The notes under the pieces were generated by a model that was not told the DNA's origin, ran no database searches, and saw nothing but the letters and a program-made list of their open reading frames with translations. From Amoebidium appalachense (taxonomy: Eukaryota > Protista > Ichthyosporea), in the NCBI GenBank assembly GCA_963693365.1, contig CAVNZM010000019.1:230121-282726 (forward strand): a stretch of 52,606 bases of DNA, written 5' to 3'. This document shows positions 13,499 through 25,696 of the stretch, in pieces (positions within the stretch are counted from its first letter, which is position 1; every line of letters begins with the position of its first letter). Both the position numbers and the translations under genes were made by a program.

Positions 13499-13679
13499 TG
13501 GGGGGCAGGGCACAAAAGCACATACACACGGGCGGGGGGGGGGACTCTGCCGGGCGAGGACTCCTGTTCAGACCGAACCGGACCAGACTGCGGTCCAAAG
13601 GGGTCGGACCGGACCGGAAGGGGGTGTTTTAATGCATTTTTACAACCACGTTTTCACTTCGCCAAGCCCGTTGGCCTTA

Positions 13680-14429
13680 TCAAGCACACACCAGATTCCC
13701 GAGAAAGTACCCTCTTGCCTTATGGCACGGATAGCCGGGCTTTCCTAAACGGTTCCTAGGGAATTTCACAGCATAAACTTCCCCTTTTTTATGGCGCATC
13801 ACCTCTATCTTGTCTATAGCCCTAAAATACACAGTTACCTGCTTGCCCAAAAACCTAGCTACTTCATCCGTAGACAGAGGCGCTCGTGCGAAAGTCCTGC
13901 TCTCACTGCTAGCCTTCTTGTGGAACAGGTCCCTGAGGTGACGAAGAAGATAGACAGCACCACAGGGGGCCGATTCCTTGAGCCGATTGAAGAATTTGCT
14001 AACTAGCCGCTCCCTGTGAGTGGGCGTCCTCTTGGTGCGCTTAGCACTTCTGGTGTCGGCGGCGCGGGTGTCCGAAGCAGGGCGCTTTTGGGGTGCTGTG
14101 TGCTGCGCGTCGGCCTTGGCGAGAAGCCCCTGGATCTCGTCGACAACCCGTTTTCCTTTGGCGCGGACGATATCCGTGTCCGTGCTATCCCGCACGCCGT
14201 CGACCAGTAGGATGAGGCTCTCCAGTGTCTGCTGATAAAATACAAGGATGCGGTTGACGCCGCGTTCGTCGTAGACGGGGTTGTCATAAATTTCATCGCG
14301 GTAGGCCCGCTCGAACCCTCGGGCACTGCTGATAATATCTTGCAGCCGTTTCAGTTTATCCTCTTGCGCGGCACGCCGTTCCTCTGTCACTGTGCTCTCC
14401 TGTTCGTGTTCCGTCTCCTTTACATCCAT
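13680..14429 (-). CDS. BAG-domain-like protein with basic C-terminal region (~249 aa)
   Basis: QQTLESLILLVDGVRDSTDTDIVRAKGKRVVDEIQGLLAKAD resembles BAG helices 2-3 (E.L...LL.LD.V...VR..RK..V..IQ.LL...D); first in-frame ATG at 14429. Confidence 0.6.
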   Translation of the reverse strand: MDVKETEHEQESTVTEERRAAQEDKLKRLQDIISSARGFERAYRDEIYDNPVYDERGVNRILVFYQQTLESLILLVDGVRDSTDTDIVRAKGKRVVDEIQGLLAKADAQHTAPQKRPASDTRAADTRSAKRTKRTPTHRERLVSKFFNRLKESAPCGAVYLLRHLRDLFHKKASSESRTFARAPLSTDEVARFLGKQVTVYFRAIDKIEVMRHKKGEVYAVKFPRNRLGKPGYPCHKARGYFLGNLVCA

Positions 14430-14464
14430 CTCCTCGTTATCACAGTCGTTACACAACGGATGAT

Positions 14465-16497
14465 CCTGTTGGAAGTAGAGTCCGCTGTGACTAGGGTCGT
14501 CGTGGCGCGCTTGGGCGCTGACCCGTTTTTTACTGCTTTCAGTGTGTTAACTCCATGACTGAACTCCATGACTTAACTCCATGACTTAACTCCATGTCTG
14601 CACCTGGCAGAGACGTGGCTTATATACCCGTGGGGCAGCAGTCTGGAATGTAATCCGGATGCCAGGCGCTAATCGGATTGGTTACTTTCATTTAGATATC
14701 TCTGGGACCAGTGAACCAATCGTTTGCAGTCAAAACACAATTGGCAACATTCCTCAACTATGCAGATGTGCATGTGGTGATCGAGTGTCAGCATGTGTCT
14801 ATGTACACGGAACCAATTGTAAAGCTAACATACACATATAGTGGAGTGAGCGTAAGTCTGCACTCCAACACCCCTACCCAATTGGAGAAGTGTACACACC
14901 ACTAGAGAAGAGAGAGTGAGTGTGGCTGCTTGCAGGGTAGACCGGGGTGTGCATTCCACTGTGGTGCGTGCCCCGCCAATGAAGTGGAATACTTGACGTT
15001 GATGTCGCAGGCTGCTGCGGATGGAGTTTGTGGAAGCGAAAGTCTCTACTTCACGGAAATACGCTCGCGGGTGTAGGGTACAGCCTAGAAGTCGGTTTCT
15101 GGGCTCCTCCGTTCAAGGCGTCGTAGGGGACGTGAAGTTAGAGGCCGCGGTGTCGTGTCTGGGCCCATAACCCTGTTGGAAGTAGAGTCCGCTGTGACTA
15201 GGGTCGTCGTGGCGCGCTTGGGCGCTGACCCGTTTTTTTTACTGCTTTCAGTGTGTTAACTCCATGACTGAACTCCATGACTGAACTCCATGACTGAACT
15301 CCATGACTGAACTCCATGACTGAACTCCATGACTGAACTCCATGACTAAACTCCATGACTGAACTCCATGACTTAACTCCATGACTGAACTCCATGACTG
15401 AACTCCATGACTGAACTCCATGACTGAACTCCATGACTGAACTCCATGACTGAACTCCATGACTGAACTCCATGACTGAACTCCATGTCTGAACTCCATG
15501 TCTGCACCTGGCAGAGACGTGGCTTATATACCCGTGGGGCAGCAGTCTGGAATGTAATCCGGATGCCAGGTGCTAATCGGATTGGTTACTTTCATTTAGA
15601 GATCTCTGGGACCAGTGAACCAATCGTTTGCAGTCAAAACACAATTGGCAACATTCCTCAACTATGCAGATGTGCATGTGGTGATCGAGTGTCAGCGTGT
15701 GTCTGTGTACACGGAACCAATTGTAAAGCTAACATACACATATTGTGGAGTGAGCGTAAGTCTGCACTCCAACACCCCTACCCAATTGGAGAAGTGTACA
15801 CACCACTGTAGAGAAGAGAGAGTGAGTGTGGCTGCTTGCAGGGTAGACCGGGGTGTGCATTCCACTGTGGTGCGTGCCCCGCCAATGAAGTGGAATACTT
15901 GACGTTGATGTCGCAGGCTGCTGCGGATGGAGTTTGTGGAAGCGAAAGTCTCTACTTCACGGAAATACGCTCGCGGGTGTAGGGTACAGCCTAGAAGTCG
16001 GTTTCTGGGCTCCTCCGTTCAAGGCGTCGTAGGGGACGTGAAGTTAGAGGCCGCGGTGTCGTGTCTGGGCCCATAACCCTGTTGGAAGTAGAGTCCGCTG
16101 TGACTAGGGTCGTCGTGGCGCGCTTGGGCGCTGACCCGTTTTTTACTGCTTTCAGTGTGTTAACTCCATGACTGAACTCCATGACTGAACTCCATGACTG
16201 AACTCCATGACTGAACTCCATGACTGCACCTGGCAGAGACGTGGCTTATATACCCGTGGGGCAGCAGTCTGAAATGTAATCCGGATGCCAGGCGCTAATC
16301 GGATTGGTTACTTTCATTTAGATATCTCTGGGACCAGTGAACCAATCGTTTGCAGTCAAAACACAATTGGCAACATTCCTCAACTATGCAGATGTGCATG
16401 TGGTGATCGAGTGTCAGCGTGTGTCTGTGTACACGGAACCAATTGTAAAGCTAACATACACATATTGTGGAGTGAGCGTAAGTCTGCACTCCAACAT
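14465..16497. repeat. Tandem triplication of a ~0.7-0.9-kb unit (14465-15171, 15172-16077, truncated 16078-16497)
   Basis: Near-identical units, each with minus-strand GGTATATAAG and CCAAT-type motifs oriented toward the BAG-like gene. Confidence 0.9.
15258..15503. repeat. 13-bp minisatellite (AACTCCATGACTG)n, ~19 units; shorter arrays at ~14549-14600 and ~16162-16226
   Basis: Directly visible; about 4, 19 and 5 units in the three triplicated copies. Confidence 0.95.
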
Positions 16498-16511
16498 CCC
16501 CAAAAAACCAC

Positions 16512-16543
<32 letters not shown>

Positions 16544-16614
16544 CACCCCCACCCCCCCACACACACACACACCGTGACACCCCCCCCCCCACACACACAC
16601 ACACACCGTGACAC

Positions 16615-17240
16615 ACACACACAGACAAACACACACACAAGTCACTGCCACGGTGAGCATGTAACAGTCGATACTATACGGTACATACTGTGCCTGAACA
16701 GCCCTTCCTCCTCCCACTCCTACCCCTCCCCCCCCCCCACACACACACCCTCCCCCCCCCCACACACACACACCCCCACCCCCCCCCCCCCCACACACAC
16801 ACACACCGTGACACCCCCCCCCACAGACACACACACACACCGTGACACACACACACACACAAACACACACACAAGTCACTGCCACGGTGAGCATGTAACA
16901 GTCGATACTATACGGTACATACTGTGCCTGAACAGCCCTTCCTCCTCCCCACTCCTACCCCTCCCCCCCCCACACACACACCCTCCCCCCCCCACACACA
17001 CACACCCTCACCCCCCACCCCCCCCCCCCACACACACACACCGTGACACCCCCCCCCCACACACACACACACACCGTGACACACACACACACACAAACAC
17101 ACACACAAGTCACTGCCACGGTGAGCATGTAACAGTCGATACTATACGGTACATACTGTGCCTGAACAGCCCTTCCTCCTCCCACTCCTACCCCCTCCCC
17201 CCCCCCACACACACACACCGAACAGCCCTTCCTCCTCCCC
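16615..17240 (+). repeat. Repeat family R3: three ~90-bp cores spaced by (CA)n/poly-C
   Basis: Core ACAAGTCACTGCCACGGTGAGCATGTAACAGTCGATACTATACGGTACATACTGTGCCTGAACAGCCCTTCC. Confidence 0.9.
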
Positions 17241-17265
17241 CCCCCCCCCATCCCCCACACCGTCA

Positions 17266-17324
<59 letters not shown>

Positions 17325-17344
17325 CACACACACACACACACACA

Positions 17345-17468
17345 CACCATCACATCTGTGTGCTTCGAATTCACTTGAGTGAGAGGTAAGTGATTACAGA
17401 CGGTACAAAGTGTGCAAAGCAAGGATCTGCGCTCCCTCCCTCCCCCCCCCCCATCCCCCACACCGTCA

Positions 17469-17521
<53 letters not shown>

Positions 17522-17669
17522 TCACACACACACACACACACACACCATCACATCTGTGTGCTTCGAATTCACTTGAGTGAGCAGGTAAGTGATTACAGAC
17601 GGTACAAAGTGTGCAAAGCAAGGATCTGCGCTCCCTCCCTCCCCCCCCCCCCCATCCCCCACACCGTCA

Positions 17670-17719
<50 letters not shown>

Positions 17720-17866
17720 GTGACACACACACGCACACACACACCATCACATCTGTGTGCTTCGAATTCACTTGAGTGAGCAGGTAAGTGATTACAGACG
17801 GTACAAAGTGTGCAAAGCAAGGATCTGCGCTCCCTCCCTCCCCCCCCCCCATCCCCCACACCGTCA

Positions 17867-17943
<77 letters not shown>

Positions 17944-18004
17944 ATCACATCTGATGCGCTATTATCGAATTGCACTTGAGTTAGCAGGTAGTGGTTACAG
18001 ACGG
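17345..18004 (-). repeat. Repeat family R1, inverted array (three cores plus a degenerate copy) at the left of copy B
   Basis: Reverse complement of the 11571-13108 cores. Confidence 0.9.
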
Positions 18005-18202
18005 TGTGTGAGCACCGTAAAGCGGTGCTTCATTGGGTGTAGAAGGAATGCAGCATTCGATTGGAGAGGAGAATGGCATGCAGCATATGTGTAAAAAGTG
18101 CACGTAGCGCCGAACAAGCCGAACAAATCGACCCAATCATCTGGGACCAGTATTCTCTTGCAATCCTCTCCAATCGAATGCTGGATTCCATTCCTCTCCT
18201 CC

Positions 18203-18255
18203 TACAACCAATGAAGCGTACAACCAATGAAGCGCCGGACGCCTCCCTATATAAA
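18203..18255 (+). promoter_or_regulatory. Tandem CCAAT boxes plus TATA box of the AntA/MSV199-like gene
   Basis: (ACAACCAATGAAGCG)x2 then TATATAAA at 18248, ~95 nt before the ATG; same at ~35045-35096 and inverted in A. Confidence 0.65.
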
Positions 18256-18345
18256 CACAGCAAGCGCTGGACAGCCAGCACCTTTACGGTACACACACAG
18301 CACTCAACCCCCAAACCCAAAGCCCCAACTCTTCCACCAGCGACC

Positions 18346-20281
18346 ATGGCTTCCACCTACGCCATCTACGAGCGCCTCAACATTGCCGGTGCCAAAGAGG
18401 CCGGCTTCCCTCCCATCTCTCCCGAGCTCGAGCGCCTGCTGGGCACCGTGGGCGACGACGTGGTGGTCAAGGTGCTGCGCTTCCTCAACCCGTTCCTGCT
18501 GGACAGCGCCGAGACCATCTCCGGGCGTGCTGTGTTCCGCTTGCTGGGGTACCGGAGCTACAATGACTTCGTGAGGGTCATGTTCAAGGGGCAGAATGGT
18601 GTTCCTGCTGCGATGCCTGCCCACAAATACCGGGTGGTTGAGAAGGTGAGTGTGTTGAGGTATTCGTTGAGTTTTGCTATATCGCATTCCCCGGGCTCTA
18701 TGGAAACGGAGATTCCAAACCTCAGTAGACAGCCAACAACGTCTGCGTAATAGCTGGGTGGCGCCTCTCCAAAGAGATGGATTCTTCTTGTGTGCTTTGG
18801 AAATTCCAACTCAAACGTACACCATAATTTGTCCGAGTGCACCTTTCCAACCACGAACATGTTTCACTTCGATTACATCTTTTTATCGGTTAAGAGATCA
18901 ATCTCCCCACGGGCTATTCGTTGCTTTTTCCCGCCCTCTCGTTGTTGCAGCTGCATGCGAACAATTTCTTCTGCTTGTTTGCCTGGTGGTCTGAAGCTTT
19001 TTACAATTGTTTCAAATGCTTGGCGTGTAAACTTGTAGGAAATTCTTGGCCGCCCCCCAGTTGATGGCATGGGTTTGCTTCGGTAATCCTTGTTGTTCTT
19101 CCATTTATTTCGGATGATTGCTCTTTTTATGGCTTCCTGCGCTCTTCCCCATGTAAGGTTTAGCTCGCTCATCAATCTTTCGCTGTTATAGGGGTAATCC
19201 ATCGTTGTAGGGCTCCATATATGACCCAAAAAAAAAGACTCGCGGCTAACCTTCTTGTCCACAGAGCATCGGTGGTCGTACTGAACAAGATCACCTTTTG
19301 AAACCAGAGGGGTTACGGATGGCCTCTATCATGGGCTCGGATGCGAACTCGGGCTGGCTGGCTCGCGATTTCCGTGGGCTGGCCCTTGACATCGAAAAGG
19401 GGTTTGCACGTCTCATGCACAACTTCAAGGCGACGGGAAGTACACGGCCTTCTTGGCAACTCTTGCCGCTGCAGAGGCGGAAGCTGTCGCTGCTGCCGCG
19501 AGGCTCGTGCGCTGCTCCCTTGAGGACCGGCGCCGAGCCAAGCAGGCAGCCGAGACCGCACTGGACGAGGCGCTCGCCCCCCTGGTCGCCGCCCTCGCAC
19601 GCGTCAAGCTGGGGCCACTCATCGAGCCGCATGCCTCAACCGACGCCAAGTACATTGACAACACCGACTTCCGGCGCCTGGTTCGGGCATTCATCTCCAT
19701 GTGTGGTGGGGACGTTGGAAGGCCACGAAGTGCGCTGTGCCGGCAAGTACACAAGTATGGTGATGGCCGTTACCGGTGTGTGCGTGCTGTTCCCGTCCAA
19801 TGTGTTTTCCGGGTTGCGGCGGCAACCAACGGGCTGCAGCGCGCCATCAAGGAGCGCATCCGCCTGTGGACCGGACACGTGCTGACCTGCTGGATGGACA
19901 TGACCACGCAGCAGCTCTACACGTTTATGAACAACTTTGTGGGCTGGTACGTCGGCTTCTGCAGGGGACAGCTGTTCCAGTCCACCCTTGACAAGGCGGA
20001 CAAGGTGGTGGTTCCCACAGACATCGGGGTGCCAATTGAGATGGCCGTCTGGCTGGGCGCCATCCAGGACAAGTTCCCCAACATCCGCCCCCTGGACCTC
20101 GGGCGCACTGTCAGCCTCGACACGCCCCCTGGCCGATCGCGGCGAGCAGATCAAGGGGCAGACACAGCTCGACGTGTATGTGCAGCGCGGGCGGCTGGGG
20201 CGTCGCCGCAAGGTCGCGCACCTGCAGAAGCCCAAGGGGCCCGTTGATGTTGTTGTGATTGCGGACAGTGATAGTGAGTGA
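18346..20281 (+). pseudogene. Two-exon AntA/MSV199-like gene, copy B (intron 18646-19264), exon 2 broken by several frameshifts
   Basis: Same splice sites as A; exon 2 is split across ORFs 19298, 19453 and 19937. Could be real decay or consensus error. Confidence 0.6.
18584..19202 (-). pseudogene. Intron-nested AntA-like + PD-(D/E)XK nuclease, copy B, frameshifted
   Basis: Near-identical to 10124..10735 but split into ORFs 18873..19262 and 18558..18860 by small indels. Confidence 0.6.
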
Positions 20282-20380
20282 TATGAGAATTGTGTAGCGC
20301 TGGTCGATTGGGGGTGTTAGTGTATAGCGCTAGAGTTGTGTGTAGCGTAGCTTTCGTAGCTTCGTAGTAGTGTAGCTTTC

Positions 20381-20429
<49 letters not shown>

Positions 20430-20647
20430 TGTGTAGCGCTGGTGGCTCGGTTGTGTCAGGCTGTGTTGCGTTAGTGTAACCCTGACCAAAAACCAAAAGT
20501 GATGACGTAACTCGGTGCCACCAGACCCAATAAAAAAAGTCCCGCTCCCGGAGCGGAACTTTTGTGATTGGACAGACTCGCATCAATGATGTCATGGCTA
20601 ACCCTGACCAAAAACCAAAAGTGATGACGCAACTCGGTCACCCACCC

Positions 20648-20887
<240 letters not shown>

Positions 20888-21753
20888 CTTACCGATGATA
20901 GCGCTATTATAAATTAGAATTGAGTTGTGTGTGTGTGTGTGCTTGCTCGGAATTGTGTCAGGCTGTGCAGCGCTAGAGCGCAGCGCCAGCGCGCCTGCCG
21001 GCGGGTGTTCTTTGTTATCAGAGTAGATATGTCATCATATGCGTTGACGTCATTTTGACGTCATCCGCTTACTTAAATAGACTTGGTTGGCGCTGGGGAT
21101 GATGGGCCATCTGCATCATGTAGTTCTGCGCTGTACGTGGGAATAACCTGTGCAACATAAGCTCTCAATTGTAATTACAATAAATGCAAAAAATCTTGAA
21201 TTGTATTTTTCATGGTGGGTGCATAAGCGTGAGACTTTCCATCATGGGTTCATCAATATGCAAATTGTTCTCTTGGGGCTGAGACTTCATCCAATCGGTT
21301 TTCGGTAGAATTTGATTGGCCTAACCTGGATTTCCAAATGTTCTCTTGGAAGCCGTTATTTGGTGGGGGGATAGATGCGTAGATGCGTAAAACACGATTT
21401 AATTCAAGCAAAATCGCGAGAGAGAAAATGGATTGCTGCGCCAAAGAGTTCATGGTATATTTGTAAACATTTAGGCAGTCAAGGGCTCCGAAATGGCTTC
21501 AGTCCTTTTGCACTCACTCCCAATACTGAGATCACCAAAAAGCCAATCAAGCGTTACTGCCAATCGCGTGCACTCCAGGAACAAATGCAGCATCCAATTG
21601 TATCACCGGTTGTTTCGATTGGTCATTCAATAACCAATAAAAAAACATGTTCTCAATTGGCTCACCAGGTGGCGCAGCCAGCTATTTAAGTCAACATCTC
21701 GTAGGCCTCTGCCATCATTCTACAACCACAGACACTCAGGTGACACATACAAA

Positions 21754-22542
21754 ATGTACATGTCACAGACACTGCACACCGCGATGGAAATCGGCGCTCC
21801 TGGCGCTGCGCCTGTCTCCCAGCCGGCCGTATTCAACACCTTCACGTTTCCACCCACCCCACAACCCGACCTGGACATCATACAGAGTACCGACTTCATT
21901 CCGCTGACGTCCGACGATTTTGCTGCTTTTGACAACCAACTAGGTGACGGCTCCATGCTCCATGCGCCCACCCCGACGACGGCTAAGAGCCACGGCCAGC
22001 ACCACGTCTTCGACTTCGACATGGTCTGCGGCGAGACAATCCCCCCCTCTCCGGCGCGTCCTGTTCCCGCACGTCTGCATCTGCAAGCGGTCTCCTCTCA
22101 CGCCCCCACGCTGCCACCCACCACAACCACGCCAGCAACAACATGGTTTGGCCGGCTCAGGTCTGCCGAGAACCAGGATTCCGATACGAGACAATGGAAG
22201 CGCTCGCGCGCTAACATCTCAATGACCAAAAAGCCACCTGGTGAAATCAAAGCCCTCGCCACTGCTGGTGATTGGAGGCGCCATCTTGCACCCCTGCCTG
22301 TTTCACAGATGTTGGGCGAGGCGCTCGACAGACTTAGCCCGTTGTGCCTTGTACCGTTCATCAGCTGCACGCTCCCTTTTGCAGCTAGCAAAGAGCAGCT
22401 CTCCTACCTCGACGCTGGTAGCATCTGTGCGCTTCTCGGCTTCAGGGACATCGATGAGATACGCGACCGTCTCGATCAGGCCAAAATCGCAAACGCCCGT
22501 GATGTACCAGGCACAGAAGCGGTAGGAGGCCCCCCCCCCCCC

Positions 22543-22579
<37 letters not shown>

Positions 22580-22646
22580 GGCTTCCACACACACACACAC
22601 ACACACACACAAGGCTTCCACACACACACACACACACACAAGGCTT

Positions 22647-22720
<74 letters not shown>

Positions 22721-23685
22721 GGCTTCCACACACACACACACACACACACACACAATTTTTGAAGCTTCCACCGACACTTTATCGACACCCCTACTAAATG
22801 GTGGATCCGGGCACCATAGTGGTCGTGGCTACGGTGGCGTTTTGCGTGGGCATGTTCTTTCTCAGTGTCCTTGACTATCTCTTCCCCGTGTTCTCGGAAC
22901 CGATTAAGGGGGACCCACCCCCGCCATACTCAATCCATGCTGATACTTGGTGATTCCTACAGGGTTCCCCGCACTACTACAAGGAGGGCAACTTCATGCT
23001 GGTCTCGCCCGCTGCGTTTCTTCACCTGACCACCCAGGTCTTGTACGAGTCCCCCCTGGCCCTCGATTTTCTGGGATGGTTTAACAGCGCCCGCAACAAG
23101 GAGCTGCACTTGCACGAAACCCGGCTCTATGAGAAGACCCGCGGCGCGCCCCCTTCCACCACCCCTCTGGATGCCACCCGCCACATTCGCGCTACCTTTG
23201 TCGGTTTCCTGGTGGCCACACTCAGCTCGACATCCGTGCTTGACGTCCACAGCCTGGTGACCATCCTTGAAAAGGTGGCCAATGTGCAAGTCACTTCACG
23301 CTTCAAGACCCGCAACATCTGCGCCCCGCACGCCGAGGCGCTGGTTTTCAAGGTGCTTGCCCAGCGCATCAATATAGACACGGGCGTTTCGATAGCGTCT
23401 GCGCTCGACATCAACACGTTGCACCTCTACACGTTTCTCTCGCGCGCCCTTGAGGCTCTGGATGTTGACGTACCCCATCCACACGGCGTCCCAGCCAGCA
23501 GCACCCACAAGGACCCCCAGCTGCGCGACCTGAGGAAGCTGGGTCGCTCCCTCGAGAAGGACTTTGCCGGCATACGCCAGTTGCCCCTGGAGCCCAAGTC
23601 CTTCTTCTATGCCATGCCGGAGCGCCAGGACACCCCGGCCGGACACGAAGTGTGCGCGTGCTTCAGGATGGATCGGAGTCTTTAG
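21754..23685 (+). CDS. Two-exon Bro-N-like protein, copy B (exons 21754-22521 and 22963-23685)
   Basis: GCG|GTAGGA donor and TTCCTACAG|GGT acceptor in frame; different N-terminus and promoter from A and C. Confidence 0.7.
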
Positions 23686-23974
23686 GTTGGGCGGACATGT
23701 ACGGATGGATGCGTCGCACGAGTCCTGTGCACACGGGGCAGCGCCGTGCAAGCTTGCACGATTTGGAGTTGTTAGGGCACTTGTCCTGGGATACATACTT
23801 TTTTTTAGCTGGCTTGAGTGCGCTTGTACTGGTGGGTTTGGGCTTTGCTCCGTTTAGCTTCGGCATCGTAAGCGCAGCCGGTTTGGGCGCGCTTGTACTG
23901 GTGGGTTTGGGCTTTGCTCCGTTTAGCTTCGGCATAGTAAGCGCAGCCGGTTTGTGATTTTGTGTTTGCGCCAT
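23663..23974 (-). CDS. Small basic protein with Cys4 cluster, copy B
   Basis: Homologue of 5089..5400; intact; 3' end overlaps the Bro-N-like gene by 23 nt. Confidence 0.55.
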   Translation of the reverse strand: MAQTQNHKPAALTMPKLNGAKPKPTSTSAPKPAALTMPKLNGAKPKPTSTSALKPAKKKYVSQDKCPNNSKSCKLARRCPVCTGLVRRIHPYMSAQPKDSDPS

Positions 23975-24445
23975 GGCCTCTTCTGTTGGGATTTCAGTCT
24001 TTATATACACCTACATAATCATCAACAATAGCCGCTAAACATTGCGCGTTGTCTCGCGTGTGAGCTTTTGCAACCTTGTTTGTATATTGACAGGCCCAAT
24101 GCCTGCTTATCAAATGTGTCATAATCTTATCATGTCACGTGATATAAAACTGACCAATCAGATCATTTGGCGTCTGATCACCACCCTTTGATCGCTGTAG
24201 AGGAAGGGGGGTTTATCGATCTTGTCTGGATAAATCGCATTCCGCGGCGCGGATTGCCATGCAAATTGTGTTTCATTAATAAACCCCACTGTTTTTGTCG
24301 CTTGCGGGAGATTTTCATGACGCGATGGCATTTTTAATTGAAGATTTGTGACAGGCAAACAGTGTCACATGGACATCAACTCTCACCTTTTCGTTTTTTT
24401 CACCTTTCGCTCACAGCGATTTCTCTTCACCCACCCTTGCAAAAC

Positions 24446-25624
24446 ATGAACTCCCCACTCCCCCACCCACTCCCCCCTCCCCTCCCTTCACCCCCAAAGC
24501 CCGTTGAAGGGTGTGAATGCACTCGTTGCACAGACCTTCGCGTCTGTGACGGCTCCTCCGACGCGTGTGCCGTCTGCGGTTACCACAACACCCCACATCT
24601 CAAGACGAAGGCAAAACACTTCCCCGCCATCACCCATTTTGTTTGTGGCTGCGACCACTGCCTGACCCTTGCGGCAACAAGTGTTCCCCGTCTGTGTAGT
24701 TCGTGCTTCACCTCGCTGTCGACTCACTCTTCTCCCATGCCCGGCCTCCCCGGCTGCTGCGACACATGCCGTAGCGGCACCCACTGTGCCTTCCGCATCG
24801 CCCGTCGCACCCACAACTATATCAACACACAGCGTCGGCGGGCTTGGAATGCCGTCTACTCCCTGCTGACCACCATACCCGTCCCATGCACGTGCATACC
24901 CGACATCCCAGACCCCCTCCCCACCGCCCACCGCATGGCCCCGCACAACCCTGCATGTGCCATGTGGCACGTTGGCTTCCCCGCTCCCGTGCCCGAATGT
25001 GCCTCCCCCGTCTGTGCATGCACACACTACCGCAATGCGGAGGCCTTTCTCGCTCACATGTGTGCGGGTCGCCTGCGCCACCTTGTCACTGACATGTACA
25101 CCCCCGCCCTCGAATACTGCCCCTTGTGCAGCTGCCGCCGCCGCCCAGCTTCGCCCGGCACACCCCAGGCCTACGTGGCCGCCGACCTCCCCCTCCGCTT
25201 CCATTCCTGTCCTTGTCCACACTGCGTGCACGTCTTTGCACGCCCTGCCACCGTGCTCGTGTGTGCCGACTGCCACACACTCGTCCTGCAGCATCAGCAT
25301 GGTGTGGACGGCTGCGCGAGGAGGCTTGTTGGCCGTAGACGACAGCTGCGACCGGGTTTGGCCCCCCGAAGACTTGTTCCTGCCCCACAAGCCCACACAA
25401 ACACCCATTTCTCTCCCCAACCCCCACCATGCACATCTCTTCCACCAAGCCCATACCCATCCCCAAGCCCGCTCACACCGCCTGTTAAAGATACTGTATG
25501 CAAGAATTTAGAAGTTGAAGATCCCAACTCCCCCCAGGGTGAGTGGTTGTGGATGCTTTTCCCCTCTGGGTGGCAAAATGTGTGGGTGCCGGCCACCCCG
25601 GGCACCCCGCAAAAAAAAACGTGA
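24446..25624 (+). CDS. Cys-rich (many CxxC) protein with Pro-rich ends, copy B
   Basis: Intact ORF with CECTRC, CAVC, CGCDHC, CSSC, CDTC, CPLCSC, CPCPHC, CADC; probable metal binding. Confidence 0.7.
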   Translation: MNSPLPHPLPPPLPSPPKPVEGCECTRCTDLRVCDGSSDACAVCGYHNTPHLKTKAKHFPAITHFVCGCDHCLTLAATSVPRLCSSCFTSLSTHSSPMPGLPGCCDTCRSGTHCAFRIARRTHNYINTQRRRAWNAVYSLLTTIPVPCTCIPDIPDPLPTAHRMAPHNPACAMWHVGFPAPVPECASPVCACTHYRNAEAFLAHMCAGRLRHLVTDMYTPALEYCPLCSCRRRPASPGTPQAYVAADLPLRFHSCPCPHCVHVFARPATVLVCADCHTLVLQHQHGVDGCARRLVGRRRQLRPGLAPRRLVPAPQAHTNTHFSPQPPPCTSLPPSPYPSPSPLTPPVKDTVCKNLEVEDPNSPQGEWLWMLFPSGWQNVWVPATPGTPQKKT

Positions 25625-25665
25625 AGACTTGGCATCTGTACATCTGTACACACACACACACCACA

Positions 25666-25696
<31 letters not shown>

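Noticed and set aside
13545-13625. GGACC/GGTCC-rich patch downstream of the BAG-like gene
   Set aside because: Short, irregular and single-copy; no supportable function.
15198-15499. MEFSHGVQSWSSV repeat proteins
   Set aside because: By-product of the 13-bp array; frame and length are not conserved among the three units.
20478-20486. Telomeric repeat (TAACCC)
   Set aside because: Only isolated single units, no tandem array.
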